The position numbers were made by a program, and so were the translations under genes. A stretch of DNA of 64,000 bases from Antedon mediterranea (lineage: Eukaryota; Animalia; Echinodermata), in assembly GCF_964355755.1 (NCBI RefSeq), contig NC_092677.1:15088101-15152100 (forward strand), given 5' to 3'. Under the pieces are notes generated by a model. That model was not told the origin of the DNA and ran no database searches. It was given only the letters and a program-made list of their open reading frames with translations. Of the stretch, positions 57,991 through 64,000 are shown piece after piece; position 1 is the first letter of the stretch; every line of letters starts with the position of its first letter.

Positions 57991-58226
57991 GGGACCATGT
58001 CAAAATTATTCTACTCCAGTTACTGTCTTTGTATTTGCTACAATAACAGTTGCTTATAGTTTCATTTATGATGCAGTCATTTCAATTAATAAAGAGATTA
58101 AATATATAAAGAGAGAAGATTTACAAAAAAACTTTAAAAGGTTGAGTAAATAATTGAACAAACATGAAAGAGTCTAAACTAACAATATAACTAACTGCAT
58201 GCAGTAGAATAATGTGTCATGGTCCC
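57991..58226. mobile_element. PIF/Harbinger (Tourist-like) MITE
   Basis: TIR GGGACCATGTCAAAATTATTCTACT ... AGTAGAATAATGTGTCATGGTCCC flanked by TAA on both sides. Fragments (CTGCAGTAGAAT..) at ~5440, ~22200, ~24180, ~27510, ~29170 and ~37560. Confidence 0.8.
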
Positions 58227-59088
58227 TAATCTGTCGATGTTTTTATACAGTATCAATTCAATACTTACTGATTTTATCGAAATTGTGAATAAAACTGCCG
58301 ACGACTACTCACTTTGCTGCTTACAATTCAATATAAACGTACTGAATTTGTTGTTCCGGTTTATAATTGCTACCACATGCCTACGTCACGGATCGTAGGA
58401 GCGGGTAGGCGATTTTATAAAGATTTATTTATCTGTTCCAACTGATATTTAAAAGTTAAATTTATGTCTAAGGAAACATATGTCACAGAAGTTTGTGCAT
58501 AAAACCAGGAGTAGGAAGACTCATGTAGGTTAGAGACGGAGGACCCCGTTTTTAGAAGAATCTGGTCATCGAGTCAGGTGGTTTTCATAATTCTAATTTT
58601 GTTGCGCTAGGTTTTTATATCTGACGAAAAGCACAATATTAGCATAATTTGTCACACAGGTGGTGTATGCATTTAGATGCGTCTTACACGAAGGGTAACA
58701 ATAGTGAGATCTAAAGAGAGTGCAGTAGTGTATTGTAGGCTTATTGTAATGTTTTATTTTCAAATAACACATTGCAATGGTACATACATCACTGGTAGGC
58801 CTAAAGTAACGCGTACAATACGTTTGTATATGGCTCTTCTCTCTCCTACTTTAAGCCAACCACTGAACAAAGAAAATAAGTTGTGGCCATAGTTTATTGA
58901 GAAACTTAACACTCAGCTCACCGGTTAACGTGCCCCAAAACACATGTAACTGATTGGAGTATGGCATACATTTAGAAACTAGAATTTCTTCGAATATTGT
59001 ACAGTGAAATTTCAAACAAAACTCGAAGTAAAAACCATAATTCAAGGCAAATAATGTAATTGATTGTCTCTTAAAGGTTTACTATGGA

Positions 59089-61102
59089 TCAAAGTTCAAT
59101 GTTTATGACTCCTCCTGAAAGACCCGATTTTAGATTTTGAACAGCTTGTTGACTCATTTCTTCAATGCATTCCATCGTTGCCGTTGCACAGTGAGGTGTT
59201 ATTATAACGTTCTGCATTTGAAGAAGTGGATGACCTTTTGGTAAAGGCTCAGGTTCTGTGACGTCGAGACCAGCAGCAGAGATTGTCCCGTTCTGCAATG
59301 CATCAACTAAATCATCAGTGTCAACCACGCTCCCTGTGAAACAAAATATTGTTTGTAGGCTACGTGTAGAGATTCTTCCGTTATTAAGCTACGGACCAAA
59401 AATGGCACAGGTTTGTCGTTACAGATACAGATATGCCTACTTATCATTGATCTTTGGTTCAAGATGAGAATAATACGTTTTATGTAATTAAAAAAAAAGG
59501 GTCATGTCATTAAGACGTGGAGAATTTTTAATTTATATACGCAGAGCGACAAGACAACAACGACATAGCAGAAGAATATCAGAATAACCATCGTACAGGT
59601 ATAAGCATGCGCAGATGATGAAAGCATATGCTGTTTGCTTTTATAGAAGTATTTTGTTATACTCACCTCTTCCAATGTTTATTAGTATTGATGTAGGCTT
59701 CATGAATGCTAATTCTTTTTGGCCAATTAGCTTGTTGGTTTCTGTTGTTAGTGGCACAGCAATGACGAGAAAATCTACCTGTTTTAGCAGTTCTTCTAAT
59801 GTTTCGCAGTATTCAGCATCAACGCGTTCCTCGTCTAATTGCGATCTGTTTCATTTAGATATTTAAAAACAAATAATTATATTAAACTAACACATGCATA
59901 GGTTGACCATTGTATGTCGTTCTGGAATACTAAAGGACTATTGATATAGATAAGTGCATGCATGAAGCTATGGCAAAATTGACAACTTTCAAATGCCACC
60001 AGCAACGAGGTCAGCAGTTATGGATCTAAATTTAACTTTTATAGATTTGGTAGATCAAAGGTGTTATGTTTGGTTGCGACACGATCAGTTTCACGTCCCT
60101 AAACAGAAATCGAAAACACATGCCTATTAAAATGAGAACATACCTTCTTGTTCTATTATGGTACAATATTTTCATATTAAATCCCATTGCTCGTTTTGCA
60201 ATACAATACCCTATGTTACCCATACCAAGGATACCAATTGTCGCTCCAGTAATGTTTCGTCCAATTAAATTGAAGTAAGCCGAGTCGTAAATTGTTAAAC
60301 GTTCTTTTGAAGCTGTCACGGCTGCAAAAAAAATGTAGATGAGAATATAAGCTGAGCATCTTTGCTAATTTACCATTTGACATTTTTCAAGTTATAGGCC
60401 TACACATTGAAATCTTTCAAGTGACAGATGAGGAATTCTATCATTTACGTTAATTGCCTATATAAAAATTATTGGTATCGATTTAATATTAAATATATTG
60501 CCAAAGATACACATGCAGTGAATTCATCATTTACTATCTAACAATTTATTCAAAGGCAAAGTGGGTAATCCCTTTGATAGTTGATTAAGTTTACTTTTTA
60601 GATATGAATGAAATGGAAAATGTGGAGAAAAAATAAAGGCTACATACGATGCTCTACAAAGTCTCAGATTGGAGTTTCATACTAATTGTAATACTTTAAT
60701 TATACATATTTTATATGAATACTGAAGTACCTTCAGAAAGTTTTCTGGCCGTAGCAAGCATCAGAACGAATGCAAAATCGGCAGTCGGTTCAGCAGTGAC
60801 TTTTGGAATCGCCGCTATACGAACATTCCGCTTACGGAACGCCACAACATCCAGACCATCTACTCCAGCGCCACGAACGCTAATAATTTTCAATTTTGGA
60901 AGCGAATGCATGTCGACTAATTTTGGTAGAGTAAAAACATCAATAGGACAAAGAATAATTCCTTCAATGTCGTTGGCGTATTTTTCCGTATTTCCACACA
61001 ATTCATCTTCATGGATTACCGTAAATTCAGCTTCGAGGCTCGATATTGTGGTCATGTATCTCTTCATTAGTCTACCAACTAGCACAGTTTTTTTGAGTGA
61101 CA
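59089..61102 (-). CDS. D-isomer 2-hydroxyacid dehydrogenase (GRHPR-like), copy B; start exon not located
   Basis: Exons 61102-60731, 60321-60144, 59845-59667, 59333-59089, with the same intron positions, phases and motifs as copy A. Confidence 0.9.
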
Positions 61103-61212
61103 CTAAAGTATAAAAAAAAAAATACCGTTTTACAACATAGTTAAACGAGAAAGCCACTCCGAGAGTGCATAGTCCGCCTAATATAAAATTCTCTTACATA
61201 AGAAAATGGAGC

Positions 61213-61402
61213 TTTCGCCGATGACTATGCTCTATCCGATTAGCCTATGAGATCATGTTCCGAATATGAGCACTGTTTCAATAAATTGACAGTGCTACAA
61301 TTGATTTATAGGCTATATAAATCATACTGTCAAATTATTGAATCAGTGCTCATATTCGGACCATGATCTCATAATCGCGTCGATCATAGCTCATTGGCGA
61401 AA
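61213..61402. repeat. Foldback inverted repeat (MITE-like hairpin)
   Basis: TATGAGATCATGTTCCGAATATGAGCACTGTTTCAATAAATTGACAGT pairs with its reverse complement at ~61327-61374 with 3 mismatches; weaker pairing extends outward. Confidence 0.75.
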
Positions 61403-61550
61403 GTATTTTTTAGTTTTTTTGTCTCTGCCGGGATTCGAACCTGCAATATTATTTTTGAAAACCGTTGCGTATTCAAGTTTAAGGTCGTTTGTTGTATTAG
61501 TGTATCTAGTGGGTGAAAAGCTGTGATAATATCATAGGCCTACACTATAT

Positions 61551-61620
61551 GGCTGTGGTCTAGTGGTATGATACTCGCCCTGTAAGCGAGAGGTCGCAGG
61601 TTCGAATCCCACCTGACCCA
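61551..61620 (+). pseudogene. tRNA-like sequence (tRNA-Pro-like body; SINE head or pseudo-tRNA)
   Basis: A-box TGGTCTAGTGG, stem CTCGC/GCGAG with loop CCTGTAA, B-box GGTTCGAATCC; T-stem and acceptor stem pair poorly. Confidence 0.6.
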
Positions 61621-62354
61621 TTTTTACTCGGGGTACCCGAGTCTAGGACTCGCTCATATTCTCGTCTTCCTCTTCTTCCACTAGTTCTTCACGCGCCCGG
61701 TTCACGCGTCGTCTGACGGCTCTGAAACATGGCATGCATATACTGGGTAATAGTGAACAAAGCTATAGAAAGAAAATGTTCGTACTTCAACCGGATGCAG
61801 AATTATGACGTCATAAACATGGTACCAATCGAAAAAATTGCGATTTATAAAGTACTAATCCTCCCTTATTCGTTGTAGCATGGATTAAAGTTAATCCATG
61901 GTTGTAGTAGGCCTATTGAGCTGGGATTTGGCATGGGTATACTACACTACAGGGACATGTCCTCAAAGCTATAGAGCCGTATTTTTTAATTTCAACCCGG
62001 ATGCAGCCATATGACGTCTCGAAGATGGTACCTTGGTGCCAAACGTTTTTCGTCGTAATACAGCCGTGGCAATTCAAAGGTCTTGCCTTGGAGAATAAGA
62101 ATATATACAGTAAAACGTACCTATTTATGATATTGTGACGTCACTTCTGCTCCCGGAAATAGCAAAAAATCACTTCGAGATTTTATATAATTTACCGTAA
62201 TTATGCCATTTCCAGTTATGTGACGTAACTTTTCGGAATATAGCCGTATTTGGTAGCGCAGGTTATTAATGTGTATGTGACGTTACATCCTGTCTTATGA
62301 CGTCATTACAGCTTCTTTTTCTGTACCCTGAGTATCGCACATTTGTGCTTGTTT
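61621..62354 (+). mobile_element. Second HINE/Helentron-like non-autonomous element (different family)
   Basis: T-run start, 5' hairpin ACTCGGG-GTA-CCCGAGT, 3' subTIR GTACCCTGAGTA (62323-62334), hairpin GCAC-ATTT-GTGC, TTGTTT end; internal repeated TTCAACC(C)GGATGCAG..TATGACGTC units. Confidence 0.7.
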
Positions 62355-63262
62355 CAAATTTCAGTTTACTTGTTACTTTAAGACCGGCTTTGGGACCGTG
62401 GTTCGGATTGCCTCAAACATTAATGGAGTTGTCCTTGACCACATATCTATCTGTATTTTCATTTTGGAAAAAGATCTTGCAATAGCATTTTGATTAATCT
62501 GATCCTCCTGCTAACAAACAGATAGAAAACAGACAAAAGACACACGTGATCGATTACATTATACAGAGTACCTTCCTGCCAAAGGTATAAAAAAACAACA
62601 AAACATCAAACCAAACAGGGCTACTAGATTAAAACAGGGCTACGGCAACACTGGTCTATACGACACAGCAGGCTCATTTTGTACGTAACTATAACTCCCG
62701 CTATTGTATTTAATTAATTTCATTTAGCATTCATTTAACAATATTTAAAATACATAAAGAAAAAATACCAAAATATTGGAGTATTAAAATTGAATAAAAC
62801 CAAAGTTAATGGTATATATATATATATATAATATATATAGTATAAGCATACAATATATTATATTGTATGATTATAGGCCTACTTTTGTGAGAGCCTGTGG
62901 CCTTTTTGCAGCTGATTGTAGATAGCAGTTTAGTATTAGGCCTACTGAAACTTACGTTTACTTGAAATATACTTACTCATAAACCGTTTAAATCTCACGA
63001 ATTACCTTACAAGCCTGTGTTACAAAATAATTTCTGCATAAAGTAGTTAAATCCAATATAAAATTATATAATATTATCCCGCCACATCAGCACGTAAACG
63101 GATATACGGTTCAGTGAACATCGACTAAGCATGCCAAATTATTCGCATGTACAGTATATACTTAATAGGTCACGTCAAACTTAATTTCTCAATTATTTAA
63201 ACAATTCTACATAATTCGTTAAAAAACAAGACATAGTAAACAATATATAGATATATATATAT

Positions 63263-63375
63263 AGTGGTCTAATGGTTAGGGCAACTGCATATCAAGCAGA
63301 CGGTCCGAGTTCGAGTCTCGGTTGGGGCGACTTTTTCTCATTCTCACAGATTTCCTCATCTTTGTCGTTTCAAAA
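63263..63375 (+). mobile_element. tRNA-like/SINE copy, 5'-truncated
   Basis: Near-identical to 63890-64000; perfect T-arm CCGAG-TTCGAGT-CTCGG; preceded by (TA)n. Confidence 0.7.
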
Positions 63376-63559
63376 ATTAATTAAATAATTTTCAGTGTAT
63401 CACCGAGCGGTTTGGAATTTATTTCTATGCCTGTTGTGTTTATATATAAAAGTATCTCTCGAGATCCCGCTTAGTGAATAAATATACTGAATTATAGATG
63501 AGGGCATATCAATTTGATCTCTGGTGCGCGTGCGTACAACTGAGGACTAGTTGTGTTCC

Positions 63560-63720
63560 ATTTGATTTGATTTGATTTGATTTATTTCGGCATCAGTACA
63601 TAAAATATCACAGACATACAATTAAAATTGGCAAATATAAAAATACCAAAATAAAACAAGGATGCCAAGGATAACTCATAAAAGTCCTCTACGGACTTGT
63701 TTCCAATGAGGTCCTTTGAA
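63560..63720 (-). mobile_element. LINE-like 3' end with (ATTTG)n tail
   Basis: (ATTTG)4, an A-rich tract and hairpin AAGTCC-TCTAC-GGACTT. Confidence 0.4.
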
Positions 63721-63884
63721 AGAACAGCAAAAAAGACAAACAAAGCAACATAATAAAAATAACAAAAAACAGCAAAAAGGACAATCGAAAAAAGAAGAAG
63801 CGCTAATTAAATAGTTTAAACCGTACCACGCCGAGAATGTTAAAGGGTCGTTATCCGATCGAGTTAAAGAACAATACCATGAAA

Positions 63885-64000
63885 GCCTCAGTGGTCTAAT
63901 GGTTAGGGCAACTGCATATCAAGCAGACGGTCCGAGTTTGAGTCTCGGTTGGGGCGACTTTTTCTCATTCTCACAGATTTCCTCATCTTTGTCGTTTCAA
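63885..64000 (+). mobile_element. tRNA-like/SINE copy with complete cloverleaf (63885-63956)
   Basis: Acceptor GCCTCAG/TTGGGGC, A-box TGGTCTAATGG, anticodon loop ATATCAA, T-arm with C>T change, then TTTTT and a conserved 3' body. Confidence 0.7.

Noticed and set aside
61551-61620. Functional tRNA-Thr(TGT)
   Set aside because: C at position 33, poor acceptor and T-stem pairing, and a tRNA-Pro-like body; more likely a SINE head or pseudogene.

Overview
This is AT-rich eukaryotic (metazoan, probably marine invertebrate) genomic DNA with spliced genes, not a prokaryotic region. I reconstructed gene models by hand from splice sites and reading-frame phase. They are: the 5' part of COPA (minus strand); a divergently transcribed ABCG1/4 (white-family) half-transporter with an apparent ~190-aa extra N-terminal exon; NFRKB/INO80G (minus; GC-AG intron, 31-nt microexon, 3.1-kb terminal exon); two intronless tandem EPHX1 copies; and two tandem GRHPR-like D-2-hydroxyacid dehydrogenases. 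Introns and intergenic DNA hold several non-autonomous mobile elements (Helitron/HINE-like elements, MITE families, tRNA-derived SINEs, LINE tails) and minisatellites. The least-explained signals are dense TAGGCCTA/CTAG palindrome patches just inside the 5' ends of both housekeeping genes, the ABCG N-terminal extension, and active-site-clustered divergence between the EPHX1 duplicates. I found no clear-cut novel system. No database searches were run, so family assignments rest on recalled motifs.
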